Shown one piece after another: positions 26,293 through 36,302 of a DNA stretch of 64,000 nt. This stretch comes from a bacterium (GTDB lineage: Bacteria > Patescibacteriota > Minisyncoccia > Phycocordibacterales > UBA5272). Below the pieces are notes generated by a model, which worked only from the letters and a program-made list of their open reading frames with translations, was not told the DNA's origin and ran no database searches. The position numbers were made by a program, and so were the translations under genes. The DNA lies in assembly GCA_027482685.1 (NCBI GenBank), contig JAIXVU010000003.1, forward strand, positions 38,065 to 102,064. Direction: 5' to 3'. How positions within the stretch are numbered: the stretch's first letter is position 1; each line of letters opens with the position of its first letter.

Positions 26293-26877
26293 TTACTTAG
26301 GAATTCCAAAATATACAAGAAGGTTCTTTTTACCAGAAATAGCGAGAGCGATAGAGCGCATACATCCATCATCTATGTCACCTTTCATTTTTCTTTTTAA
26401 TCTTTTTCTACCTTGGGTGCCAGTATCAGTTTTAAAAACAATCGGGTAAAGATATTTTTCTCCTTGTTCCAAGTGTTTAGAAATTTTTAAAATTCCTGGA
26501 ATTGCATGCTTCGGTCGTTTGCTTAGAAATTTTGATTTTCTAGCGAAAGCTTTTTTAACACGCTCTGCTGTTTCTGATAGTGATCCATTAGTCCACCTTA
26601 GTGGAAGCTCTCCAGCTTTAGACCATACACCAAGCTCGATGGGGTTCATCTCTGCCAGAAACCAATTACTATTGTTGTAAGAATTTCTTCGTTTCAACCA
26701 GTCAGGGCTAATATGCTTATCAATCTCATCGTTCTTTAGAGGAATTACACTCTTTTTCGCTTTGGTAAGTTTAGACTCAAAATCTTGTTCAATGTTTATC
26801 TTTGGAAAGGTTGTATTTTTACCGCGTTTCATCTTAGCGATTCTGTCTGAAATTACAAATATTCTTTTAACTTCCAA
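26293..26877 (-). CDS. hypothetical basic protein
   Basis: ORF only, no recognisable motif. Confidence 0.35.
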   Translation of the reverse strand: MEVKRIFVISDRIAKMKRGKNTTFPKINIEQDFESKLTKAKKSVIPLKNDEIDKHISPDWLKRRNSYNNSNWFLAEMNPIELGVWSKAGELPLRWTNGSLSETAERVKKAFARKSKFLSKRPKHAIPGILKISKHLEQGEKYLYPIVFKTDTGTQGRKRLKRKMKGDIDDGCMRSIALAISGKKNLLVYFGIPK

Positions 26878-26940
26878 AGCTTATGTGTGCAATTTATTCA
26901 AAAGCGCGATTCCGAAGGAATCACGCTTTTGATATCTGGA

Positions 26941-27144
26941 TTAGAGTTTAATCTGAAGATGTAGACCACGTTTCATGCAGCTAGTGCAGATCTTCACTCT
27001 CGGACCATTAGGGATACGTGCCCACTGGAGGTTAGGGTAGACACGACGATCGCCTGCTGGGTTGAACTTGGTAGCACGAACAGAGTTGCTATACTTTCCA
27101 ACAACTTTCGAGCCTTTATCGCAGAGTGGACATGTTTTTGCCAT
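26941..27144 (-). CDS. rpmB: 50S ribosomal protein L28
   Basis: MAKTCPLCDKGSKVVGKYSNSVRATK..PNLQ...CTSCMKRG pattern of bL28. Confidence 0.75.
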   Translation of the reverse strand: MAKTCPLCDKGSKVVGKYSNSVRATKFNPAGDRRVYPNLQWARIPNGPRVKICTSCMKRGLHLQIKL

Positions 27145-27348
27145 AGGGGTAGATAATTAGGATTTAGGGACTAGGCGGGTAGGACTTTTTCAAGAACTGT
27201 TAGCTTTGTCGAATGTGTGTAATCTTAACACCTTTTCTATGTTTTTGCAAACTTTTAAGCAGGCAGGATAGAGGTAGGCGTAAATGTTTAATGATTTCTA
27301 GCCCCTAGTCTCTAAATATCTAACCCCTAGTTATGGTATTATAGTTTC

Positions 27349-27966
27349 ATGCTAGAAAATGCAAGCGTTTTACAGACCGCGTTTCCAATAATTGTTGCGC
27401 TTTTTTCTATTATTCTCCATGAGATAGCTCACGGCTATGCTGCGTATGTACAAGGGGATAAAACTGCATACTATGCAGGAAGACTAACACTTAACCCAGT
27501 CCCTCATATTGATATGATTGGATCTGTTATCGTACCGTTGGTTGCGTTTTTCACGGCTGGGACATTTTTCGGTTGGGCAAAGCCTGTTCCGTATAACATA
27601 CACGTGATACGGACTCGACTTGGAGAGGTGTTTGTTGCGGCAGCAGGAGTGCTCACTAATCTCCTCCTTGCTGTTGTGGCACTGGTAGCAATAAAAATTT
27701 TAGCACTACAAGGAGCACTCACACAGCCTCTACTTGAAGCGTTGTTCACGATACTTTCTATCAATATCTCACTGGCTGTCTTTAATCTCATCCCTATCCC
27801 ACCGTTTGATGGAATGGCTATATTACAAGGGATTTTTCCAAGACTTAAAATGAAAACCACAGCATTTTTCAATCCGGTGTATCTTATCGGTGCGATACTT
27901 ATTGCATCTGTCCTTTATTCTCAAATCATGCCGTATATACGAGCGGGAGTTATGGCGTTGTTATAA
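27349..27966 (+). CDS. site-2-protease-like (M50B) membrane metalloprotease
   Basis: HEIAHGY HExxH in TM helix, multiple TM segments. Confidence 0.65.
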   Translation: MLENASVLQTAFPIIVALFSIILHEIAHGYAAYVQGDKTAYYAGRLTLNPVPHIDMIGSVIVPLVAFFTAGTFFGWAKPVPYNIHVIRTRLGEVFVAAAGVLTNLLLAVVALVAIKILALQGALTQPLLEALFTILSINISLAVFNLIPIPPFDGMAILQGIFPRLKMKTTAFFNPVYLIGAILIASVLYSQIMPYIRAGVMALL

Positions 27967-28075
27967 AAGTCATAAAAATTTTTACAATAAACTTGTCCAC
28001 ATTTTGTCTCCTTGTTGTCTTTTATTATTGTCCTTTTAGGTATACACTACGTATGTAGTTATTTCAGCAGTATTT

Positions 28076-28645
28076 TTGTATACACTAATGAAAAAGTCCT
28101 CTCAAGTAAAATCACAAACACAAGGGGTAAAAGTTCCTGTTAAACGAATTAGTACAACAAGGGCTTCTTCTGCTAACACCGTTGCTAAAAGAACTGTGTC
28201 TGCAAAAAAAACCCTTGCAAGAAAACCTTCCCATACCTCTCCTCTTAAAATAGCAACCTCTGGTGTAAAAAAACTAGGTAAACGTGCATTGAAAAGTATC
28301 TTACTTTCTCCAACTACAGAATCAGCTGTTAAGGTTTTTACAGTAACTCTGCTTCTTGCTGGACTTTTCTATGGAGGATATTCAGTAGCAAGCACTAAGT
28401 TTGGTGGTGATGTTGTGATATCAAAGTCTGAGATACTTGCACGTGTCGGAAGAGTTACCAATCTTCCAGAAGGTAAGCCTGAGGCAATTGTCCGCGTACA
28501 AGATCCGGAGTCGCTTAAGAAACAAAATCCATTTTACTCAAATGTTAGCGAGGGGGATTATATTGTCATGTATCCAACACTTGCCATAGTATATAGTCTC
28601 AAAAACGATAGAATTGTTTCATTAAAAAAAATAAAGACAGAGTAA
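28076..28645 (+). CDS. hypothetical Lys-rich protein with one TM helix
   Basis: ORF only; basic N-terminus, TM (VFTVTLLLAGLFYGGY). Confidence 0.35.
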   Translation: MYTLMKKSSQVKSQTQGVKVPVKRISTTRASSANTVAKRTVSAKKTLARKPSHTSPLKIATSGVKKLGKRALKSILLSPTTESAVKVFTVTLLLAGLFYGGYSVASTKFGGDVVISKSEILARVGRVTNLPEGKPEAIVRVQDPESLKKQNPFYSNVSEGDYIVMYPTLAIVYSLKNDRIVSLKKIKTE

Positions 28646-28801
28646 AATACACTAAGAAGTATAGCTAATGGGATATAGGGTTTTCCATAGTTACACTATA
28701 GACACTTACGAGATACCTGAAAAAAGCACGCACTGAACTTGCATAATAGTGCCTCATTTGGTAGGATGTGTCTACTATTCTATATTTTCAGTTCGATATT
28801 T

Positions 28802-29236
28802 ATGCCAACCATTAGTCAACTTATTAAGAAGCCTCGCGCAAAAGTGATTCGTAAGTCACGCTCTATAGCTATGACGCGAGGATTCAATGCTATTCAGAAT
28901 AAGCCTAATTTTTATGATTCGCCATTTAAGCGTGGTGTATGTATCAAGGTAACAACAACAACCCCAAAGAAGCCTAACTCTGCGCTTCGAAAGATTGCTC
29001 GTGTTCGCCTTACTAACGGTATGGAAGTAACAGCATACATTCCTGGTGAAGGGCACAAGCTACAAGAGCACTCAGTGGTAGTACTTCGTGGCGGACGTGT
29101 GAAGGATCTAGCAGGAGTACGTTACCATATCGTTCGCGGACGCATGGATGCAACACCAGTTGATAAGCGCCGACAGGGACGATCTCTCTATGGAGCAAAG
29201 CGACCTAAGGCAGGAGCAGCAGCACCTAAGAAGTAA
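28802..29236 (+). CDS. rpsL: 30S ribosomal protein S12 (with ~13-aa insertion and basic C-terminal extension)
   Basis: [10 protein letters not shown]...[31 protein letters not shown]...[20 protein letters not shown]. Confidence 0.93.
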   Translation: MPTISQLIKKPRAKVIRKSRSIAMTRGFNAIQNKPNFYDSPFKRGVCIKVTTTTPKKPNSALRKIARVRLTNGMEVTAYIPGEGHKLQEHSVVVLRGGRVKDLAGVRYHIVRGRMDATPVDKRRQGRSLYGAKRPKAGAAAPKK

Positions 29237-29375
29237 TCTATTTGTTTACCTGCTTTGCTTAAAGAGCGACCTCTTCGGGGTGGCTCTTTAAATTTGTAAA
29301 TATATCAACATGTTTCAATTTGTTCACAAAAAACTTGCAATTTTAGAGAGAGATACTTAAAGGTGTGTTTTAAAA

Positions 29376-30686
29376 ATGATAAATATGCCGCCATTTAAAC
29401 AAGATCCAACAAACTCATCTCAAACAAATCAAGAGCCATACAGTAAAGCTAATGAAAAACTCGTTCCAGAAGGTCATCAATTTGAAAATCTTAGGAAGAC
29501 TCCAGAAGGTCTACTGTACTCATTATTACCTGACTATCATCCCGTCATTGAGCTAATAGCCAAAAATACAAAAATTACCGAGTCGCAAGCTCGAACTTTT
29601 TTTGAAATTGTTAGAGCGAGAGATGATGTCTATGAATATACCCACCGTAACGAATTCGATTTTGATAACGATGACGATACTTACAAGCACGCTAATTGTC
29701 CACGGAGAGGAAGTGGATTTATTGGTAAGTCGTCTAATTCTATTTCGGGTAAAACAGTGAATGAGAGAATCGACTCTGCAATAGATGAGGAGTGGTCTAG
29801 ACATTACAGGATTAATAGAGATAGAACAGGGGAGCTCAAGGGTTCATTTGATTATCTAAGTAATAATATTTCGAAGAGTTTTTCTGATGCCTTTGAAGCT
29901 GTCTTTGACAATGAGAAAGGGGAGCTTATTTTGGTCGATAAAGGTGATTCCTATGAGTTCAGTTTTAAAGATAAATTAGTAGAAGTTTGTGTCTACGCTG
30001 ATGGAGAGGCTAAGGTTATGGTCGGAAAAGAAGGAGAGAATATTAGTGTGCTATTCAATTATAGTTATACTGGCTATAGTATTCTTAAAAAAGGCGAGTA
30101 TACTTCAAATGACGTTTTTTATTTGGAAACACTCTACAAATCCTTTGAAAGTGCAGTGAGAAACCTCTCAGCAAGTGATAGTCGTCATAATGACTTACGA
30201 AATACTCGAAATTTTGGTTTAGGTCATAAATCTGATATGTTTTTTGAATTGATGGAAGGCGCTAAAGATGAGGAGGATTACTACGCTCGTCAAGAATCGG
30301 TAAAACTATTAGAGTTATTTGGTCTGAGATTTGATAATCATTTTAGAAGTAAGTTAAGGAAAATAAGACTTACTATGCGTGACCTGCGTAGAACTGGTCT
30401 TGATAATTTTGATGCAATTGATTCGAAGGATTTGTTTGCATCAGAAGAACTCACTTCTTTCTTCGAAGAGAATAAAAAATTGACCGAAGGTTTTGAGTTT
30501 GATGTTGTTATTCTAAATAAGCAAGAACAATCCGTTGTCAAGATGGTGCAAATTTTACAAACGAATACGAACAGAAACTCATCTCGATATAACAAACCAG
30601 ATGATGAAATGGGGATCGTTTACATGACAGAAGAAGAATTTAACAAATTTGCTGAATACACAAGGACAAATTATTTAAAAGCATAG
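29376..30686 (+). CDS. hypothetical 436-aa D/E/N/K-rich protein inserted between rpsL and rpsG
   Basis: ORF only; no recognisable domain; AT-rich; preceded by terminator-like hairpin after rpsL and followed by hairpin GAAACAAAAGC-tt-TGCTTTTGTTTC at 30862-30890. Confidence 0.45.
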   Translation: MINMPPFKQDPTNSSQTNQEPYSKANEKLVPEGHQFENLRKTPEGLLYSLLPDYHPVIELIAKNTKITESQARTFFEIVRARDDVYEYTHRNEFDFDNDDDTYKHANCPRRGSGFIGKSSNSISGKTVNERIDSAIDEEWSRHYRINRDRTGELKGSFDYLSNNISKSFSDAFEAVFDNEKGELILVDKGDSYEFSFKDKLVEVCVYADGEAKVMVGKEGENISVLFNYSYTGYSILKKGEYTSNDVFYLETLYKSFESAVRNLSASDSRHNDLRNTRNFGLGHKSDMFFELMEGAKDEEDYYARQESVKLLELFGLRFDNHFRSKLRKIRLTMRDLRRTGLDNFDAIDSKDLFASEELTSFFEENKKLTEGFEFDVVILNKQEQSVVKMVQILQTNTNRNSSRYNKPDDEMGIVYMTEEEFNKFAEYTRTNYLKA

Positions 30687-30929
30687 TACATACAGTGCAT
30701 ACAAAATTCATCCGAGGGTCGCGTTTTGCTATTTATAGTATTTTATTGTAGTATAGAAAACACTCGTTTAGAGTAACGAAAGCGCTACCTTATTAAACAT
30801 TTCACGGAGTACCATAGCTTTCTGGGAACGAACGTGAGACAAACTAGTAATTAGTTAATAATTAATAGTCGAAACAAAAGCTTTGCTTTTGTTTCCCAAA
30901 AACCATTAACCATTAACCGTTAATCAAAA

Positions 30930-31400
30930 ATGCGAAGAAAAGTTAAAAATCGAAATATAGTAGGACCAGACGGAAAGTACAACTCTGTAAAGGTTGGAAA
31001 GTTTATTAACTATGTGATGATTGGAGGTAAGAAGTCAATTGCGCAGGATATTGTGTATGGTGCCTTTGATGTAATTAAAGAAAAGATGAAAGTTGAAGAC
31101 CCTCTTGAAATCTTCAATCAAGCACTTAATAACGCAGGGCCTCTTACGGAAGTTCGCTCACGCCGTATCGGAGGCGCTAACTACCAAGTGCCACGTGAAG
31201 TACGTGAAGAGAGGCGCTTCATGCTCGCACTTCGCTGGATACTAGAAGCTGCAAATAACAAGAAGGGTAAGGCAATGCGCCTTAAGCTCGCGGATGAACT
31301 CATGGCAGCTGCAAATAACGAAGGTAGTGCTGTGAAGAAGAAAGAAGATACTCACAGAATGGCAGAAGCAAACAAGGCATTTGCACACTTTGCATGGTAA
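30930..31400 (+). CDS. rpsG: 30S ribosomal protein S7
   Basis: [39 protein letters not shown] typical uS7. Confidence 0.93.
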   Translation: MRRKVKNRNIVGPDGKYNSVKVGKFINYVMIGGKKSIAQDIVYGAFDVIKEKMKVEDPLEIFNQALNNAGPLTEVRSRRIGGANYQVPREVREERRFMLALRWILEAANNKKGKAMRLKLADELMAAANNEGSAVKKKEDTHRMAEANKAFAHFAW

Positions 31401-31525
31401 TCTTGTTTCTATAAAGAAAATTTTTAATCCATGCATTGTACTTGTAGTACATCGTGGTCTTAAAAATTTCTTTGCCTTTCATTTTATCTAAAATGAGAAA
31501 AATAGATAAAACTAGAATTCAAATA

Positions 31526-31556
31526 CAAAGAGCGATACCGTAGGTATCGCTCTTTG
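31526..31556. terminator. perfect palindromic terminator CAAAGAGCGATACC-GTAGG-TATCGCTCTTTG
   Basis: 31-nt perfect palindrome with CCGTAGG centre after rpsG. Confidence 0.65.
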
Positions 31557-31645
31557 TATTTAAGCTCGTAACTACCTGTAATTGCCTAGTAGTCATTGGG
31601 GGTGTATGATATGGAGGTGTTAAACAACGTATAAGGGGAATCCTT

Positions 31646-31876
31646 ATGAAAATCGCAGTTTGGGTACTTTCTACGGTGCTTGCTATCTCGCTTGCTGCCA
31701 ATATCTTGCAGGCCTACGGGTATGTGAGATTCGGTAAAGCGGTGACATGCACCCAAAGAGGGCAACCACTAGTGCGTGGCACAGGCCACATGGTGTATAC
31801 AATATTGAGGAAGTCGTCCTTGTTATTGCAAATGGCCATGTGGCCTTTAGTATGTCGTATTACTGCACTTCCTTAG
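31646..31876 (+). CDS. possible small secreted Cys-containing peptide (76 aa)
   Basis: signal-peptide-like N-terminus (VWVLSTVLAISLAANILQA); unusually has a canonical AAGGGG Shine-Dalgarno 8 nt upstream; followed by hairpin 31932-31962. Confidence 0.35.
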   Translation: MKIAVWVLSTVLAISLAANILQAYGYVRFGKAVTCTQRGQPLVRGTGHMVYTILRKSSLLLQMAMWPLVCRITALP

Positions 31877-32003
31877 TCATTTTTTTTATGATAGTATTGT
31901 AACTACTGCACAAGCGGTTTTTTATTTTCTATTGATGCGTTTTGCGAAGCAAAACGCATCAAATAAACCATTAACTATTAACCATTAACTATCAATTATC
32001 ACC

Positions 32004-34148
32004 ATGGCTCGCGACTATCCACTAAATAAAACACGTAACTTTGGAGTTATTGCTCATATCGACGCTGGTAAAACAACTACTACCGAGCGTATTCTGTTCT
32101 ATACTGGTGTATCACACAAAATTGGTGAAGTGCACGATGGAGCAACCGTGATGGACTGGATGGAGCAAGAGCGTGAACGTGGTATTACTATTACATCAGC
32201 TGCAACAACGGCGTTCTGGAGTCCTACTTACATGCCAGCAAATGATGTTTCCAAGAAATGTCGTTTCAACATTATTGATACCCCTGGACACATCGACTTT
32301 ACTATTGAAGTGAAGCGATCACTTCGTGTGCTTGACGGTGCTGTTGTTGTTTTCGATGGAGTGGCAGGTGTTGAGCCACAGTCAGAAACTAACTGGAGAT
32401 ATGCATCTGATGCGATGGTGCCACGTATCTGCTACATCAACAAGCTTGATCGTATGGGTGCTAATTATGACAAAAGCTTCAACTCTATTATTGACAGACT
32501 TTCAAAGAAAGCTGTTCGTATGCACATGCCGATAGGAGAAGAAGAAAATTTTGATGGTATTATCGACCTGCTTACTATGAAGGAGGTTAAGTTTACAGGT
32601 GATAAAGGTAAGGATGTTTCATTTACAGAAATCCCTGCTGAGCTACTGGAGGAAGCGAAGAAGCGTCGTGCAGAAATGATAGAAAAAATCGTCGAGACTG
32701 ACGAGAACCTCATGACAGCCTATCTAGAAGGTAGAGAATTCTCTGTTGATGAACTTAAAGTAGCTATTCGTAAAGCAACTATTGCAAATGAACTTTTCCC
32801 TGTGTTCTGTGGATCATCACTTAAGAATCGTGGAGTACAACTCGTGCTAGACGCGGTAGTTGATTACCTACCATCACCTCTTGATATTGCGGCCCCTAAG
32901 GGAATCGATCCTACTACAGGAGATACTATTGAAGTAGAGGTGTCAGACACTGCGCCGTTTGCAGCACTTGCATTTAAGTCTATGGCAGACCCGTTCGTTG
33001 GGCAGCTTACATTCTTCCGAGTGTACTCAGGAACTCTTGAAGCTGGAAGTTATATCTATAACTCGACCAAAGACAAGAAAGAGCGTGTATCTCGTATCCT
33101 TCGTATGCATGCAAATGAACGAGAAGAAGTAAAAACCGTATACGCTGGAGAAATTGCAGCAGCCGTTGGACTCAAGGATACTATTACCTCAGATACTATG
33201 TGTAGCGAGGATAAGCCAATTGTACTTGAAAAAATTGTCGTTCCAGAACCTGTTATCTCAATGCGTGTAGAGCCGAAAACAAAAGCTGATCAAGAAAAGA
33301 TGGGTATTGCGCTTTCTAAGCTTGCAATCGAAGATCCAACATTTCGTGTGACGTCTGATGAAGAAACACTCGAAACAATTATCTCAGGAATGGGTGAACT
33401 ACACCTCGATATTATTGTTGATCGTATGAAGCGTGAGTTTAACGTAGAGGCAAACACAGGCAAGCCACAAGTTGCATACAAAGAAACAATACAGGGAAGT
33501 GCGTCAGGTGAAGGAAAGTATATCAAGCAGTCAGGAGGTCGTGGGCAGTATGGTCACGTGAAGATTAATATCAAACCGATTGATTATAGTATTAAAGATG
33601 AAGATTTACCAAAAGCAGTAAAGCGCTATGACAGTTTTGAGTTCATCAATTCCATTAAAGGTGGAGCAATCCCTCAGGAGTATGTACCAGCTGTAGAAAA
33701 AGGACTTCGTGAGTCTATGGACCGTGGAACACTTGCGGGCTTTAAGATGGTAGATGTATCATGTGAGGTGTATGACGGATCATTCCACGAAGTGGACTCA
33801 TCAGAAATCGCCTTTAAGCTAGCAGCAGGGATGGCGCTTGCTGATGCTGTTTCAAAAGCAAAGCCAGTAATTCTTGAGCCAATCATGAAAGTAGAGATAG
33901 TTACACCGGATAAGTTCTACGGGGATATCACAGGAAACATTTCTTCTAAGCGTGGACAGATAGAAGGGATGGGTGATAGAGGACAGGATAAAGTAGTGAA
34001 TGCTATGGTGCCACTATCTGAAATGTTCGGGTATGTTAACTCACTTCGTTCGATGACAGAAGGGCGAGCAAGCTTCACGATGGAGTTCGGAAGATATGAT
34101 GTTGTTCCTCAGAACATTGCGAAAGATATCGCAGAGAACAAAAAGTAA
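32004..34148 (+). CDS. fusA: elongation factor G
   Basis: [28 protein letters not shown] GTPase motifs; full-length 714 aa. Confidence 0.95.
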   Translation: MARDYPLNKTRNFGVIAHIDAGKTTTTERILFYTGVSHKIGEVHDGATVMDWMEQERERGITITSAATTAFWSPTYMPANDVSKKCRFNIIDTPGHIDFTIEVKRSLRVLDGAVVVFDGVAGVEPQSETNWRYASDAMVPRICYINKLDRMGANYDKSFNSIIDRLSKKAVRMHMPIGEEENFDGIIDLLTMKEVKFTGDKGKDVSFTEIPAELLEEAKKRRAEMIEKIVETDENLMTAYLEGREFSVDELKVAIRKATIANELFPVFCGSSLKNRGVQLVLDAVVDYLPSPLDIAAPKGIDPTTGDTIEVEVSDTAPFAALAFKSMADPFVGQLTFFRVYSGTLEAGSYIYNSTKDKKERVSRILRMHANEREEVKTVYAGEIAAAVGLKDTITSDTMCSEDKPIVLEKIVVPEPVISMRVEPKTKADQEKMGIALSKLAIEDPTFRVTSDEETLETIISGMGELHLDIIVDRMKREFNVEANTGKPQVAYKETIQGSASGEGKYIKQSGGRGQYGHVKINIKPIDYSIKDEDLPKAVKRYDSFEFINSIKGGAIPQEYVPAVEKGLRESMDRGTLAGFKMVDVSCEVYDGSFHEVDSSEIAFKLAAGMALADAVSKAKPVILEPIMKVEIVTPDKFYGDITGNISSKRGQIEGMGDRGQDKVVNAMVPLSEMFGYVNSLRSMTEGRASFTMEFGRYDVVPQNIAKDIAENKK

Positions 34149-34464
34149 TAAATCGCGAATCTACTTTGTCGAGCGCATGTTTTTGTCAGTCGCCGTAGGT
34201 CTACTACGTCTTCCTCCAAAAACATGCGCTCTTCGCGTATCTTCATTGATGTATTATTTTTTATAAATTCTGAGGGAATTAGTATAAATGGAAATACAAT
34301 AAACGACGCCTACGGCGTCGTTTATTGTATGTATAGTATATCCACAGAACGTAAAGTTGACTTTACGTACGCACTCTATATACTATGTTAAGTGTGCTTT
34401 ACATTTGAAAAAGCACCTCATGAATACATTTACTAAGATACTAAAAATAACTAAAGATATTATT

Positions 34465-35520
34465 ATGAAAAAAATTATAGGAGTCAGCATACTTGTAACA
34501 TCACTTACACTTATGAATGCAAGTGCTATGAATGACATGAATTATGGTTCGCAAAAAGAAAAGAAGAATGAGTACAAGAAGTTTGAAAAGCATGAGAGTA
34601 ACTCACAAGGACTTGGAAAATTTACCTCTTCAGTAATGAAGCGAACAAAGGATAACGCTGGAGGAATGAGACTTATGTCACAAGATGTTGTGACTAATGT
34701 CGTACGAACACCAGGTCTCTCCACTCTTGGAGCAGCGGTACAGGCAGCAGGTCTTGTAGACACACTTAAAGGAACTGGGCCATTCACAGTATTTGCTCCA
34801 ACAAATCGTGCATTTAACGCACTTCCAGCAGGAACAGTTGCTAACCTTCTCAAGCCAGAGAACAAGAAACAGCTTACTGATATCTTGACCTATCACGTAG
34901 TTCCTGGAATCTACACTTCAGATGATATTAAAGATGGTATGACATTAACAACGGTTCAAGGGGCAACACTTCTCTTTACAATACGAAACGGACAAGTCTT
35001 TATTAATGGCAAAGCAACCGTAGTCGCACCAGATGTTATTACTTCAAATGGAGTGATTCATGTGATCGGTAGTGTACTTCTCCCACCTGCACAACCAGTT
35101 GCACAGGCACCTGCGAAGGATATTATTGATACCGCCGTATCAGTGCCAGCATTTTCTACTCTTGTAACAGCCGTACAGACAGCTGGTCTTGTAGATACAT
35201 TAAAGGGAACAGGCCCATTCACGGTATTTGCTCCAGACAATGCAGCGTTTAATGCACTTCCTGAAGGAACTGTCGCTAACCTTCTCAAACCAGAGAACAA
35301 GGCAACTCTTACAGGTATTCTCACGTACCACGTTGTACCTGGTCTTCTTAAGGCATCTGATCTAAAAAATGGTCAAGTACTTACCACGGTAGCAGGTAAA
35401 ACTCTTACTGTCACCATAGCAAACGGTCAAGTATTGATAAACGGTATACGTGTTGCAACTCCAGATGTATTGACATCAAACGGCGTTGTTCATGGTATAG
35501 CTGGTGTACTTCTCCCGTAG
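34465..35520 (+). CDS. secreted protein with two tandem fasciclin (FAS1) domains
   Basis: signal peptide MKKIIGVSILVTSLTLMNASA; duplicated TVFAPTNRAFNALP..TVANLL..LTYHVVPG FAS1 motifs (internal ~400-bp DNA repeat). Confidence 0.75.
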   Translation: MKKIIGVSILVTSLTLMNASAMNDMNYGSQKEKKNEYKKFEKHESNSQGLGKFTSSVMKRTKDNAGGMRLMSQDVVTNVVRTPGLSTLGAAVQAAGLVDTLKGTGPFTVFAPTNRAFNALPAGTVANLLKPENKKQLTDILTYHVVPGIYTSDDIKDGMTLTTVQGATLLFTIRNGQVFINGKATVVAPDVITSNGVIHVIGSVLLPPAQPVAQAPAKDIIDTAVSVPAFSTLVTAVQTAGLVDTLKGTGPFTVFAPDNAAFNALPEGTVANLLKPENKATLTGILTYHVVPGLLKASDLKNGQVLTTVAGKTLTVTIANGQVLINGIRVATPDVLTSNGVVHGIAGVLLP

Positions 35521-35634
35521 TTATTCGCGTTGTGTATAAAGTATGTACCCATAAAAGTATAGAAAGCTATACTTTTGTGGGTATTATACTGTATATACTA
35601 TACATGAATATTATTTAAGACAGCACTATTAAAT

Positions 35635-35832
35635 ATGAACAATGATGTAATGCACTTACGGCAAAAAAAAGGATGGACACAAGAAGAACTAGCTCAAAGA
35701 GTTCATGTCAGCAGGCAGACCATTATTTCTGTAGAAAAAGGGAATTATATTCCTAGTTTACTACTAGCACTTCATTTAGCAGAAGAGTTTGGTGTTTCGG
35801 TGGAAAAGCTTTTTTGGGTTAAAAAAAAGTAG
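35635..35832 (+). CDS. XRE-family helix-turn-helix transcriptional regulator (YozG-like)
   Basis: LRQKKGWTQEELAQRVHVSRQTIISVEKG HTH_XRE. Confidence 0.7.
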   Translation: MNNDVMHLRQKKGWTQEELAQRVHVSRQTIISVEKGNYIPSLLLALHLAEEFGVSVEKLFWVKKK

Positions 35833-35874
35833 TATAATAATATACACGATTTACGTGTTACTACTATTTAGCAT

Positions 35875-36240
35875 ATGCAAAAGACATTTTATGCAGAGGT
35901 TACTCTTTTAACATTACTTAGTACTGTTTTGCTTTTCTTGCTTAACCCTTTTGACATGATGATGCAAATCATGCTCTCAGTAGGAGTTGTAGCGCTATTA
36001 GTGATTTTATATATTACAAAGTTTATTATTATTTGGCGTGAAAAAGATCAAGATGAGCGTGATGCAAGCCATAGATTTTATTCCTCGTGGGTATCTTACG
36101 CTGTAACTTCGGTATTGTTATTTGTCGGTATTGTTGTGGAAGGTCTATCAGGGAATGTTAATACATGGCTTATTATTGCGTTTTCTGGATTACTTATTTC
36201 TAAGTTATGCGCACTTGTTTATTTGAGGATATATAAATAG
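35875..36240 (+). CDS. small multi-TM membrane protein (commonly paired with XRE regulator)
   Basis: 3-4 hydrophobic helices, ORF only. Confidence 0.45.
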   Translation: MQKTFYAEVTLLTLLSTVLLFLLNPFDMMMQIMLSVGVVALLVILYITKFIIIWREKDQDERDASHRFYSSWVSYAVTSVLLFVGIVVEGLSGNVNTWLIIAFSGLLISKLCALVYLRIYK

Positions 36241-36302
36241 TCGTAGGCATCTGTTGATAACACATGAGGTGTATATAAGTACTTTTAGTATACTAAAGCA
36301 TA

